Source of the DNA: Candidatus Latescibacterota bacterium
GTDB lineage: Bacteria > Latescibacterota > UBA2968
Length of the DNA: 64,000 nt
Direction of reading: 5' to 3'
Assembly (NCBI GenBank): GCA_965116885.1
Contig: OZ220741.1
Location: 3,552,001 to 3,616,000, forward strand
In this document: piece after piece, positions 49,087 to 59,325 of the stretch
Position numbering within the stretch: the first letter of the stretch is position 1
Layout: every line of letters starts with the position of its first letter
Notes under the pieces: generated by a model
The model's database searches: none
What the model saw: the letters and a program-made list of their open reading frames with translations, nothing else
What the model was told of the DNA's origin: nothing
Program-made: the position numbers and the translations under genes

Positions 49087-50366
49087 ACGGTATCATCCGT
49101 TAATTCAGAAAGCCGCGAACGGTTGTCATATATCTTCTGAAACGCCTCTGCCGTTTGTTCGACCCAGATCGGATCGGGATCTACAGGGGTAGATAGCCAG
49201 AAGCACGTGCTATGTATCCTTTCGCTGATCGGCAGGCTGCCCGGTCGATACGATTTCCTCGCGTTATCTGGAAGATATCCCCAGGGACCCCCAAGACCCT
49301 CGAATGAGAAATCGTTGAACAGTGACTCCAGATGCATCACACCATACCCGTAAGGCGTTATCTCCGGTTTTGTCCGCACCCCTTCGGCTACCAGCGCTTC
49401 CAGAACTTTCGACACGGGTACTCCATAGGCTTCGGGATCGACCAGACCCGCATACAACAGGAGACCGCCGCGGGTAGCCTTTGGATAGGCCTTCTGAGTC
49501 TCAACCCCCTCTACATTCTCGAGAAGCTCGTCCATTTGTGCAAACCACTTTCGGCGCTTTTCGTTGAGCTCTGAAAGGCGTTCGAGTCGTCCTCGAGCCA
49601 TCGCGATACCAAAAGGATTCGCCCTGTATTTGACGCCCAGGCCCATATTGTGCAATCCCTTAAACCGATCGGTTTTCCACGATCCCCCGCAACGACCGTA
49701 CTGTCCCAATGCCATCATCTGGTCGTAGAGATCATCGTCATCTGTCACCACCACCCCGGCCTCCAATCCCGTAACTGGCTTGCTGCCCTGCAGACTGAAG
49801 CATCCAATATGGCCAATGCCGCCCACTGGCTTGCCATCCCACAGAGCGCCGTGTGCGTGAGAGGCGTCTTCAATCAGCTTGATATCGGTTCCGGCGATCA
49901 GGTCCAGCAGTCCATCCATATCCGCCGGATTCCCATAGACGTGTGTGACGACAATCGCGCATGTTCTGCCTGTGATTCGTTGCTTTACATCTTCCGGATC
50001 CGCACAGAAGGTGTTCGGATCTACTTCGCAGAATACGGGTGTTGCGCCGCAGTGGAGGATGGGTGAAATCGTGGCATGCCAGGTGACTGATGGCACGATT
50101 ACTTCTTTGCCAACACTGGCACCCGCAGCAAAAATGGCCGAGTGCAAAGCTGCGGTTCCATTGCACGTACAGATCGCGTGCTGGGTCTTTACCAGTTTGC
50201 TGAAATCAGATTCGAAGAGCTCGAGATGTCGCCGGGCTGTCTTCGGATCGTCCAGTACCTCGTTCACGTACGACTTTTCAAGCGGCCCGATATTTTCCCA
50301 CCCATCTCCTACCGGAGCCGTAACGGCCTTTGGGCCTCCTTCAATTGCCAGAAGTGATTGTGCCAT
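49065..50366 (-). CDS. DegT/DnrJ/EryC1/StrS PLP-dependent aminotransferase
   Basis: NGTAAL, HVYGNP, IEDASHAHG, FSLQGSK (PLP lysine). Confidence 0.93.
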   Translation of the reverse strand: MAQSLLAIEGGPKAVTAPVGDGWENIGPLEKSYVNEVLDDPKTARRHLELFESDFSKLVKTQHAICTCNGTAALHSAIFAAGASVGKEVIVPSVTWHATISPILHCGATPVFCEVDPNTFCADPEDVKQRITGRTCAIVVTHVYGNPADMDGLLDLIAGTDIKLIEDASHAHGALWDGKPVGGIGHIGCFSLQGSKPVTGLEAGVVVTDDDDLYDQMMALGQYGRCGGSWKTDRFKGLHNMGLGVKYRANPFGIAMARGRLERLSELNEKRRKWFAQMDELLENVEGVETQKAYPKATRGGLLLYAGLVDPEAYGVPVSKVLEALVAEGVRTKPEITPYGYGVMHLESLFNDFSFEGLGGPWGYLPDNARKSYRPGSLPISERIHSTCFWLSTPVDPDPIWVEQTAEAFQKIYDNRSRLSELTDDTVCQKTLA

Positions 50367-50424
50367 GGTATTCTCCTAATGTAATCTCTATCCTGGTTGA
50401 GATTTTTGAAATCAAAAAAGGTCC

Positions 50425-51804
50425 TTATCCGCCCAGTCCTCTATTCCATTTGTATAAAAGCCATTTGCTCAGCGCCTGCCCATCTCCAATTTGCCACGCC
50501 CAATCTTCGAGTTTCCCGAACAGCGTCCGCAGCACTTCTTCCAGCCCGGGTTCGCGGAACCTGTTGTTTATTTCGTCTGGATCAGAGGGACGATGATAGA
50601 GTTCCGGAGGTCGCTCTGAGTTGACGATCAGTTTCCATTCATTTGTTACAATACATCTTTCAAACATCGTAGGGTCGCTTTCCGGAGGACAGTAGAGACC
50701 ATCCTGACGATAGGGATGGTTCTGAATATAAACAGAATCGCGCCATGGACCTTTGCCAGAAAGCAGGAGTTCTCTCGCGCTGCGTCCGTGCAGGCCATCG
50801 GGAATGTCTAGCCCGCAGAGATCCAGGATGGTGGGCACCAGGTCTGCGTGACTGACGAGTTCGCTTCGGACTCCAGGTTTGATCTTTCCGATCCAGTAGA
50901 AGATCAGAGGAATTCTGCTCGCCGTGTCGTAGCAATTCCGTTTTGGCTGAGGATTCCATCGATAGACAAAATCATGTCCGTGGTCCGATGTATATACAAT
51001 TAAGGTGTTTTGCTCGAGGCCTAAAGCATTCAGGACATCCACCATCCGGCCAACGTTTTCATCAATTCTGTTAACCATTGCATAGTACGTGGGGTACTGG
51101 ACCTTTCCCTGAAATCGCTCGCAGTTTTCCCGGGGAGCGGTCCACGGTGTGTGCGGAGGCCGGAAAGATACGATCAAGCAGAACGGATTCTGGTGGTGTT
51201 CGCGAATAAACTGGATTCCGCGGTCGAACTCGAAGTCAACACGGTACTCGCCTGGTTCTTCACGACCAAAATCGGGAATTGCAGACTCGTGATTGTCGGG
51301 CACGGTCCATTTCTTCATGGGCTCTCCAATCCATTGTGATTCACTCCCGTCATGACCTTGCCAGACATCAAAGTAGTCCGGAGGAGGCTGGATCGGTCTT
51401 CCCGATACAGGTCGATCGAAAGGCTCAGGTGTCGGACCCAGATGCCATTTACCGACGTAGCCGGTGGTGTAACCCATATCGTGCAGGAGCCTCGGAAAAG
51501 ACGTTGTGTGGTCGGTCAAAGTCACATCGTTGTCCCAGACCTCAGTCTTGTGGGGAAATAGTCCCGTCAGGATTGAAGATCGGGCCGCGGAACAGAGAGG
51601 CTGGGTCACAAAAGCCGATTCAAAACAGGCACCTTCACTTGCCAGTCGGTCGATATGAGGAGAAATCGCATTCCGATTGCCGTAACATCCCAATGAATCA
51701 AACCTCTGTTGATCGGGAAGGATCAGGATGATGTTGGGAGGTCTCCCTTCTGTCTCACCTATATTTTTACCTCTGGTCCAATCGTCCGATTGCCGCTGAT
51801 CCAT
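50425..51804 (-). CDS. Sulfatase (CxAxR variant)
   Basis: PPNIILILPDQ, CSAAR, GKWHLG, SDHG. Confidence 0.92.
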   Translation of the reverse strand: MDQRQSDDWTRGKNIGETEGRPPNIILILPDQQRFDSLGCYGNRNAISPHIDRLASEGACFESAFVTQPLCSAARSSILTGLFPHKTEVWDNDVTLTDHTTSFPRLLHDMGYTTGYVGKWHLGPTPEPFDRPVSGRPIQPPPDYFDVWQGHDGSESQWIGEPMKKWTVPDNHESAIPDFGREEPGEYRVDFEFDRGIQFIREHHQNPFCLIVSFRPPHTPWTAPRENCERFQGKVQYPTYYAMVNRIDENVGRMVDVLNALGLEQNTLIVYTSDHGHDFVYRWNPQPKRNCYDTASRIPLIFYWIGKIKPGVRSELVSHADLVPTILDLCGLDIPDGLHGRSARELLLSGKGPWRDSVYIQNHPYRQDGLYCPPESDPTMFERCIVTNEWKLIVNSERPPELYHRPSDPDEINNRFREPGLEEVLRTLFGKLEDWAWQIGDGQALSKWLLYKWNRGLGG

Positions 51805-51879
51805 TTCCTATCTCCTGTTTTCCAATGCCAGAATTCGACCCGAGAGCCAGTCGGTCTGTTTTATACGCAGAGACTCAAG

Positions 51880-54120
51880 TCAGAGATGCCCGTCAGACTC
51901 CAGGATACGCTCTTCCACTCTGAGAGGGGTCGGCCGGAGTCCAAAATCTCTCCACCCCCAGTCCACATGGATTTTGGGCATGTCGAATTCAAAATACCAG
52001 CGAATACTGATGGGATCTCGATCGATACCAAAATATCCGAGGAAAAGCGCACATTTTCCGGTGACCTCCTCGATTACGTCGAAAGGTGTCAGATCGTGAA
52101 ACGCATCGATATCTTCTTCCACCTCCAGGTAACGGTGCAGATCGGCTTCGTAAGACTCCGCCTGGTTGGGCCTGAGGTTCGTGAGATCAAGAGGCTCGTG
52201 CGCGTTCCACCTCGGCAGGTCATCTTGCTCAGATCCATCCGGACAGAAGGTCCAGATTGGCGTGGACCATGCATATTCACCGTCGATTTGGCGGAGACGA
52301 ACGTAATAGGCTCCCTCTCGCAGCGGAATTTCGTCGGTGCAGGTCAGATCTATATCGAGTGCATCGGGATGCCACGAGTGAAGACAACGGTCATTCCGAA
52401 TCAAGTCTATTCGCTGCACGGGGGCACAGGCGTGCGCGCAAATGGTGATCTCAGCAGGAGCCGCGATTTTGGCCTCGCTGCCCGCAGTGTGTCCGTTGAC
52501 ATCTACGGTCAGGATGATGCGCGCCCCAGTGGTGGCAAAGGTGCGCCGATCCCGAATCGCTTTCCAGATTTCGTTACGCTCGCAGCGCGCTGCCCAAACG
52601 GCGGCGATCGGTCCGTTCCCATACCCGGTGTCTCGGAAGTTCAAACCAATATTGTGCCACCTCCCGAAGTAGTCTTTGGCGGCGATTGGAGCGCCCATCG
52701 TAGCAAGGTGGGTGTCCCCCGATCCGATAACGGCTGGGCGAAAGCCACAGCGCAGGGCCCACTGGAGCACCCATTCAAAGCAGCCATGCCCGCTGGCGAC
52801 CTCAAGAAGCGGCTCGTGACTGGGACGATAATCGTGCCATTGAGGGGGACCACCCCCGATGTGGGCTTCAAGGATTACATCCTCTCGATCTCCAAACTCG
52901 GCCATCACTTCGTCCATGGTGCAGAAGGTAGGGGGGTAGGTTTCAGTCCATTCACGGTAGATCACGTTCCGATCTCCTCCAGGTCTCGGGTGAACCTCTG
53001 AAGCTAGAAAAGGAACGTAAGTCCCCGGCTCATCGTTGTTCCGATAGGCTTGCTGATAGGCACGCCACAGCTCTGGTCGGTCCTCCTGGATTGGCGGAAC
53101 GGCTGGTCCCGGCGCCCCAAAGTCCAGCCGGCCGACTCTCCGCAACTGTTTGTGTCTCCGCTCAGGATGAATCTTGAAGGTGGGATCGTCCAGTAGCGAC
53201 ATGCTAATGTCGCCCCATCCGTGACAATGGAGATCTCCCCAGAGGAGACGGCGGTCGTGCTGTTCCTTGCAGAGGATGGGATTGCTCACTGCCCTTAGAC
53301 CGTGGCGTTCGTCTTCCGCGATCAGACGGATAAGGCCGGGTTCTAATATGCGAATGTCTTCCAGAATCACGAGTCCGCTATCACTGGAGCCCAACGAGAT
53401 GGATTTGGGCAAACCCTCAACCGCTGAAATCGGACCAGAGAAGGCCACTCGAGCCTCAAATTGCTCGCAGATATTGTGGCTTGCATCGAAGGCCATCAGA
53501 TGCAGTGCAAAGGCCTCATCGGGCGTAACGATCGACGGGCCCAGAAGCCGAAGCAGCGTCGGCACAGGATTGGATGTGATGTGAATCCTACAAGGGTTGC
53601 AGGCCAGTTCCCGATAGACGCCATCTCCTGTCCGATCCACGGCGCCGGTAATCCGACCCAGAGTCGTTCCGTCATAAACGGCGCTCCCCGCGCCTCCATA
53701 GCTCGAATCGCCAATCTGAATGGTGAAGGAATCACCGGCCTTCATCTCACCCTCATCGACCAGCACCAGGGCGAATCCCGGACGATGGGACTGCTTTTCT
53801 GAATTGACGATCAGGCGTAAGACCGCATCACATTGGGTTTTTAGAGTGACGAAATCACGTCCCTTTGGGTTGTAGTCCTGAATTCGATGCGAAAACAGAA
53901 ACGAGTGCCGCTGAAAAAGAAAACCGCCGCCGGCAGTTATGGTTTCTGATGCGGTGGCAGTAATTTTCCACATCCCCAACTTGCCTGCGGGCAATTCCAG
54001 ATCGTACCCACAGCTACGTGAGCCGTCACTTCCGTGAAATTCGACCTCGAACGCATCAGGCTCGTTACCCGACACAGGTTGGACTGTGATGCTGACGCGC
54101 TGCACTCGTGATTTCGGCAT
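51880..54120 (-). CDS. DUF3604-like metallohydrolase, paralog of 46900-49086
   Basis: WGDLHCH, EVASGHG, IGSGDTH, RRTFATTG; same C-terminal extension as the paralog. Confidence 0.8.
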   Translation of the reverse strand: MPKSRVQRVSITVQPVSGNEPDAFEVEFHGSDGSRSCGYDLELPAGKLGMWKITATASETITAGGGFLFQRHSFLFSHRIQDYNPKGRDFVTLKTQCDAVLRLIVNSEKQSHRPGFALVLVDEGEMKAGDSFTIQIGDSSYGGAGSAVYDGTTLGRITGAVDRTGDGVYRELACNPCRIHITSNPVPTLLRLLGPSIVTPDEAFALHLMAFDASHNICEQFEARVAFSGPISAVEGLPKSISLGSSDSGLVILEDIRILEPGLIRLIAEDERHGLRAVSNPILCKEQHDRRLLWGDLHCHGWGDISMSLLDDPTFKIHPERRHKQLRRVGRLDFGAPGPAVPPIQEDRPELWRAYQQAYRNNDEPGTYVPFLASEVHPRPGGDRNVIYREWTETYPPTFCTMDEVMAEFGDREDVILEAHIGGGPPQWHDYRPSHEPLLEVASGHGCFEWVLQWALRCGFRPAVIGSGDTHLATMGAPIAAKDYFGRWHNIGLNFRDTGYGNGPIAAVWAARCERNEIWKAIRDRRTFATTGARIILTVDVNGHTAGSEAKIAAPAEITICAHACAPVQRIDLIRNDRCLHSWHPDALDIDLTCTDEIPLREGAYYVRLRQIDGEYAWSTPIWTFCPDGSEQDDLPRWNAHEPLDLTNLRPNQAESYEADLHRYLEVEEDIDAFHDLTPFDVIEEVTGKCALFLGYFGIDRDPISIRWYFEFDMPKIHVDWGWRDFGLRPTPLRVEERILESDGHL

Positions 54121-54209
54121 GGGTTCTCCTCAACAGCCGTTCGACGAATCACGGTGCCAGAACAAGTTCATGTTCAAGATTCGGTGGATGGGATTCATTT
54201 GCAATGTGA

Positions 54210-55238
54210 TCAGAGACCACCGTTCCTCCATTTGTCCAGGACATCACTGGCGACTTTCATATTGAACTGGTGTCCGCCATCAAATTGGTCGACAAACAAC
54301 TGATCCGAAGCGCCGGCTGCCCCATATGCCTTCCGCACTCTGACCAGGGCTCTTTCCGCCCATTCGTGTGGCGCCAGTCGATCCTCCAACCCCCATTCAA
54401 TCACCATAGGGCGGGGGGCGATGAGAGAGAAGATCTCCGGCGTATCCCCATACTGGAGAAGTCCCGGGATGAGTTGTGCGCCGCACTTTTTCAAAGCCTG
54501 ATAACGTTCCTGATACATGCTCAGACAACCCGAGGGTACGGCAATCTTGACCCGTGAATCAAAAGCAGAGATCATCATGGTCATTCGACCTCCGAGCGAA
54601 ATCCCTGCACAGCCAAGCATCTCACTGTCGATATAATCAAGGGACTGAAGCACATCGAGTGCCGCCTGTAGATCGCACAGATGTAGTGCCACAACGGTTG
54701 TGCCCATCAGCGTTGCACAAAGGTAGTTGCGCATGCAATAGTCAACCCGGGGATTTGGATAATTGGGCCGTCGTTCGCCAAACCCGCGTAGATCGGGCAT
54801 CAGGGTGACGTAGCCCTGCTGTGCGAATTTCTGGCCGAAGTTGTATCCCTTCGTAACAATTTCTTCTTTCCGCTCGGGTGAATTGTCGATCCCCGCCACA
54901 CCATCTTTCCCAAACTGGCTGTGCCCGTGCAGACAAAGGAGACCCGGAACCCGATTCTGTACCTCCTTGGGAACGAGCAAATAAGCCGGTACGAACACGT
55001 CCATCTCCGTCTGGTAGCGAATGAGATGGCGTACGTGGTCCCCACAATCCGTTTCAGTCAGGAATTCCAGAGAAAGGTCCGACCGTTCCGGGCGAAGGCC
55101 CAACAGTTCCACTACTGTTGATCGAAATCGATCCTGCCACCTCTCCAGTTCATCGACCGTTGAGCCATCGAATAGCATTGATGGCTCAAACTGATCCAGC
55201 AGTTGCGAAAGGTCATCTTCGAAGATGATGGGTCTCAT
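54210..55238 (-). CDS. Alpha/beta hydrolase (esterase-like)
   Basis: LCLHGH, PDLRGFGER, GISLGG, IAPRP, GGH. Confidence 0.88.
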   Translation of the reverse strand: MRPIIFEDDLSQLLDQFEPSMLFDGSTVDELERWQDRFRSTVVELLGLRPERSDLSLEFLTETDCGDHVRHLIRYQTEMDVFVPAYLLVPKEVQNRVPGLLCLHGHSQFGKDGVAGIDNSPERKEEIVTKGYNFGQKFAQQGYVTLMPDLRGFGERRPNYPNPRVDYCMRNYLCATLMGTTVVALHLCDLQAALDVLQSLDYIDSEMLGCAGISLGGRMTMMISAFDSRVKIAVPSGCLSMYQERYQALKKCGAQLIPGLLQYGDTPEIFSLIAPRPMVIEWGLEDRLAPHEWAERALVRVRKAYGAAGASDQLFVDQFDGGHQFNMKVASDVLDKWRNGGL

Positions 55239-55345
55239 TGTCCAGTCTCGGTCAGGATTGACTGCAGGTCAGTATAAAATTTAATCCAGCAAAGCACAAG
55301 CGAATCCAAATCTCTTTGGAATTCCCGGGATTCTTTGGTTGCGGG

Positions 55346-56380
55346 CTATTCAAACCAATGAGGGGATTGCGGGCGCTTCGTGCGAATCGAATCCAGTGCT
55401 GCCTCACAGATAGAAACTATGCGCGCACCCCATCGAGCCGGGATCGGATTACTGATTTTGCCGTCGAGCAGATTCAGATAATCGACCACAGAGCGTCCCC
55501 ATCCGTGTCCTCCAATCACCTCGTGAGCAGATGATTCTTCGATTGGAACTGGCTCATGGCCGCGGCGGAAGAGCTGGCCTTTCCACAACGTGCCCTCGGT
55601 GCCATATACGGCCAGAAAGCCACCGCCCATTCCCTCGCCCATGCCATGTCCGGAGCAGCCGCTTGTCACAAAGACTTTGCCAGTGACGCCATTTTCAAAT
55701 TGAAGGATCACAATATAACAGTCATCATCTGGAAACACCGGGATGCTGAGCTTATTGCTATAGGCATAGACCTCCGCAACCGGGGATTCGACCGTCCACA
55801 AAATCAGATCAAGAGGGTGACAGCCGCCGCCCAGCAGGATATTCTGGGGATTTTGCCGATCAATGCGCCAGGGTGTGTGACTTTTGCCTTCGGGTGAATA
55901 ATGATTCCACATGTCGTGGATGTAATCGCCCTGGACAAAGAAAACATCGCCGATCTCACCGGATTGGGCCATCAGTGCCATTTCGTGCCAGGGATGCATA
56001 TAGCGCATGGTTTGGTCGGTCATGACGTGCCGACCACTCTTTGCCTCTGCGTCGAGGATGCGTTGGGCATCTGCCACTGTGGTGGCAAGCGGTTTTTCCA
56101 CCAGGACGTGGCAGCCCTGCTCCAATGCCATGACAGTCTGGCCCGCGTGCAAGTGATCCGGTCCTGCCACGACCACAACATCGGGCTGCGTTTCTCGCAA
56201 GAGTCGAGCGTACTCGTGGGCAGTCGAGGCATCCGGATATTGCTCATGCATCATGTCCAACTGTGCCTGCTGTGGATCGACGAGCCCCACAATTTCTCCA
56301 CGTCCATCAGCGGCGACTACCTGAGCCACGTTACGGCCAGCGCTTCCACAGCCGCTAATCAAGAATTTGTAACGTTTCAT
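55346..56380 (-). CDS. Gfo/Idh/MocA oxidoreductase
   Basis: GCGSAG, PDHLH, HVLVEKP, GGCHPLD. Confidence 0.93.
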   Translation of the reverse strand: MKRYKFLISGCGSAGRNVAQVVAADGRGEIVGLVDPQQAQLDMMHEQYPDASTAHEYARLLRETQPDVVVVAGPDHLHAGQTVMALEQGCHVLVEKPLATTVADAQRILDAEAKSGRHVMTDQTMRYMHPWHEMALMAQSGEIGDVFFVQGDYIHDMWNHYSPEGKSHTPWRIDRQNPQNILLGGGCHPLDLILWTVESPVAEVYAYSNKLSIPVFPDDDCYIVILQFENGVTGKVFVTSGCSGHGMGEGMGGGFLAVYGTEGTLWKGQLFRRGHEPVPIEESSAHEVIGGHGWGRSVVDYLNLLDGKISNPIPARWGARIVSICEAALDSIRTKRPQSPHWFE

Positions 56381-56411
56381 GGCAAATATCTCAAATACTC
56401 AATGTACGATT

Positions 56412-57905
56412 TCAGGTGCTGTGTCGTTCGTTGGTTGCCGTCCCCAACTCAAAGGCGTACAGGGTGGCCCGGTTCATCTCGAAGCGGACGTTGACCTTCT
56501 TGCCGGCAAGCGGCGAGAGATCCGGGCTCCCTTTCCACTTCAACGACTGCCGGAATTGATCACCCGAGACCCGTTCGCATTCGTCGAACGAATAGCCGGG
56601 AAGCGGGTCGGCTGGCTCGGGCGGATGCGGAATGTTCTCATAGAGGGCGGCTCGAATCCATCCGCCCCGGTCGGCCGTATAGTTTAGTACAAGCTCTCCG
56701 CCGCTTATCTTCCGACTCTCCAGGGTAAATGCCCCGCGATTATCCGCTCGTATGCCCCCGAGCCGGTGCTCCGGCCACATCGCCAGCCGAAACCGACCGG
56801 CTGTATTGACGTCCCGGTAGTACACTTCGTGATGTCGAGCCGTTCTGCCGCTGTATGGCAGCGCAAAGCGCCCGTCCGGCAGTACGACCAGTCCCGGTCC
56901 TCCATATACGCCACCTTCGTCGCCGCTTCCGTTTTCTCCGCGCGGAATGATCGGCTCCCGCGATGGCCTCGACCAGTTGACGCCGTTGCTGCTGACCGCC
57001 AGTTGCATCTCTACGCTGCAGTCAACCTGGTGGAAGACAGCGGGAAACATCAGGTGCAGGTCAGTTCCGGGATAACGGCAATAGGCGTTGGTATAGAGCG
57101 AGTCGCTCGGTCCATCCAGCGCATCTGCAGCGAGTATCGGTTTTGGTACCGGCCACTTCGAAAAGTTTTCGGTCTCTGACATCCCCACCGCTCTGCGCCC
57201 GTCGATTTTAGTCCTGAAATACCCGACGTACCGGTTCTTTTTACCATCGAAATACGCCACGGTCTGCGAGTCGCAAAACGCTTTAAAAACCGGTTCATCG
57301 AGTACCGTCCACTGTATCCCGTCCACAGACGTCATCGCACGGTGTGTACCCACCAGCCGCACCTTCTTCCGCACCTCGTCACGGTTGTAGCCCTGTTCGC
57401 CCAGTTCCTTCCATTTCGCAAGACCTTCTTTATTGGAAATCTCATTGCCCGCTTCGTCGTACCACCGCGGGCTATGGCCGAGCTTCTTGTAGCGGTCGCC
57501 TCCTGCGGGGTTCTCGTCGATGAATACCGAACCTCGAAGGGCATGAGGGCCGACCAGACAGATATTGTTCTTCGTCGAGCCTTCAAACTCATATAGCCCG
57601 AGTTCCGGTTTGTTCCAGCGAAAACCGTCTTCGCTTTCGGCATAACACATGAACTGTGAAGTAGGGGGGGCACCACTGCGCGCTCCGTACCACATTCGGT
57701 ACTTGCCGGCATCCTGCCTCACCGTCACGTGACTGATCTGCTGTCTCTCCCACGGCCGGTCGGGGATCACCACGACCTCTGACTTCTCAGCAGGTGTAAG
57801 CACCAGGCGAATCCCTTCGGGTGCGTGAAACGGATATGCATTTCCCGCCTCGTCGTACCGCGAGGCGCCGGCGAATACGCGCGAATAACTCAATAATGGT
57901 TCCAT
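56412..57905 (-). CDS. Beta-propeller glycoside-hydrolase-like protein
   Basis: YAESEDGFRWNKP, SVDGIQW, SSNGVNW repeats and a C-terminal beta-sandwich. ATG 57905 after GGAGGG (alternative GTG 57956). Confidence 0.7.
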   Translation of the reverse strand: MEPLLSYSRVFAGASRYDEAGNAYPFHAPEGIRLVLTPAEKSEVVVIPDRPWERQQISHVTVRQDAGKYRMWYGARSGAPPTSQFMCYAESEDGFRWNKPELGLYEFEGSTKNNICLVGPHALRGSVFIDENPAGGDRYKKLGHSPRWYDEAGNEISNKEGLAKWKELGEQGYNRDEVRKKVRLVGTHRAMTSVDGIQWTVLDEPVFKAFCDSQTVAYFDGKKNRYVGYFRTKIDGRRAVGMSETENFSKWPVPKPILAADALDGPSDSLYTNAYCRYPGTDLHLMFPAVFHQVDCSVEMQLAVSSNGVNWSRPSREPIIPRGENGSGDEGGVYGGPGLVVLPDGRFALPYSGRTARHHEVYYRDVNTAGRFRLAMWPEHRLGGIRADNRGAFTLESRKISGGELVLNYTADRGGWIRAALYENIPHPPEPADPLPGYSFDECERVSGDQFRQSLKWKGSPDLSPLAGKKVNVRFEMNRATLYAFELGTATNERHST

Positions 57906-57939
57906 GTGCCCTCCAGTGTCTCTGAACCCCAAACGTCCA

Positions 57940-58725
57940 CTATCTTCTTTTTGCACTAATTTCAGCGATGGTGTCGCCGGTTATTTTGACGGTGTGGGTA
58001 TCTACTCGCTCAACGTCCTCACGAGCAGCTCTGGCCTCGGCACTGGTAGCAGACTGATATTCGGTCGCGAAAATATACGGAGATGGGATTGTATAAGGTG
58101 GGATTTCTCCGATTCGCCCCATGGCCTTGCGAGCGCGTTCTCGGAGCAGATCCCGAGCTTTGGTGGGGGAGAGGGTGAGTGCAGCTGTGCGGCTGAGCCC
58201 CTCTTTCACGACAACGCCTTCTATGTCGGGAACATAACGTCGAGCCTCATCTACAGCAGCCCGATCCCCGCTGATGAAAACCGTAGGCACGCCAACCTCA
58301 CCGGCATGGGCTATGTTGAAACCAATTTCGCCGATCAGTTCATCGTTCAACCAGCAGTTGGCAATGCTTCGAGAACTCCAACTGTGACACAGCACGCCAT
58401 CAGGTGTATTTTCCATCGCGTGATGGCCATACAAAAACTGCGCCTCAAATGTCAATCCCATCTCCCACGCAGAGCCTCTGGGGCGGCCGAATATCACCCG
58501 GGCTTCGCGGTGGATATGTTCGATATTGATTCCACCACTGCCGTGTCCGTCCAGCACGATAGGGTCAGTGGCGCCTCCATCCATAGCACCGTCTATGAGG
58601 GCGTTGATCTCCAGAGTGGCCAGATATTTGGCCTGTTCGTTGTCGCGCCCTCCGTCGTATGTCTGAGTTTTGAAATCTACGACGCCAGCAGTGCCTTCCA
58701 AATCGCACAAGATAAGAATTCTCAT
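57940..58725 (-). CDS. M55-family metallopeptidase (DppA D-aminopeptidase-like)
   Basis: DLEG, DGHG, GHHAM, LCHSW, IGEIG, SGD. Confidence 0.9.
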   Translation of the reverse strand: MRILILCDLEGTAGVVDFKTQTYDGGRDNEQAKYLATLEINALIDGAMDGGATDPIVLDGHGSGGINIEHIHREARVIFGRPRGSAWEMGLTFEAQFLYGHHAMENTPDGVLCHSWSSRSIANCWLNDELIGEIGFNIAHAGEVGVPTVFISGDRAAVDEARRYVPDIEGVVVKEGLSRTAALTLSPTKARDLLRERARKAMGRIGEIPPYTIPSPYIFATEYQSATSAEARAAREDVERVDTHTVKITGDTIAEISAKRR

Positions 58726-58849
58726 GGAAAGTCTCCTGATGAAATTGACGATGTTTCAAGTTGTCAAAATACATGATTGTGGGGCGCTCCTGCAAGAAGA
58801 GATGCGCCCGCCCCTCTTCCGAAAGATGCTTTGCCCAATTGCGTTTGAC

Positions 58850-59317
58850 TTCGGCCTGGCGAGTTCGTATTCGCCGCCGAGGCTGCGGCGGATTCCGAGC
58901 ACGGGCGACTTGCTGTGTGTGTGGAACCAGGTGTCGCGGGATGAGATCAAACGGGGTTATCGGCGGGGACGACTGTCGGCGGCGATTTCCAGGGATAGTG
59001 GCGCGAGTTGGGAGCGGTTCAAGACAATCGAGGTGAGCGAGGGGATGGAGGACGTGGAGCGAGTGGTGCCACAGGAGCCGATTACGCCAGTGATCGGGTT
59101 GCCCGAAGTAGGCACGCTGCCGGAGGGCTTCGCCACCTTCGACTATCCCAATGTGTGGTTTACAGGCGATAAGGTGTACCTGACATACCACCGGAGCTGG
59201 GTCGAAGTAGATGAGGACGCCGGAGAAGCGGTGACACTGGGGGAACGAAAAGGGAAGGCGAGAAAGCCGCGCGAGATGGTGCTGCGCATTTATCCACTGG
59301 CGGAATTTTACCGCTGA
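58850..59317 (+). pseudogene. 3' fragment of a BNR/sialidase-like gene
   Basis: LASSYSP..LRRIPSTGDLLCVWN, AISRDSGASW Asp-box, DYP. The N-terminal blades are missing; 5' boundary approximate. Confidence 0.75.
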
Positions 59318-59325
59318 AATGTCGT

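Noticed and set aside
51709..53001. 430-aa plus-strand ORF
   Set aside because: Antisense shadow of a DUF3604-like gene.
54130..54200. 22-codon intergenic ORF MNPIHRILNMNLFWHRDSSNGC
   Set aside because: No clear RBS or similarity; likely chance.
58670..58850. N-terminal part of the 215-aa plus-strand ORF as a real gene start
   Set aside because: It overlaps the M55 start and upstream region and shows no sialidase-like sequence; treated as read-through into a fragment.
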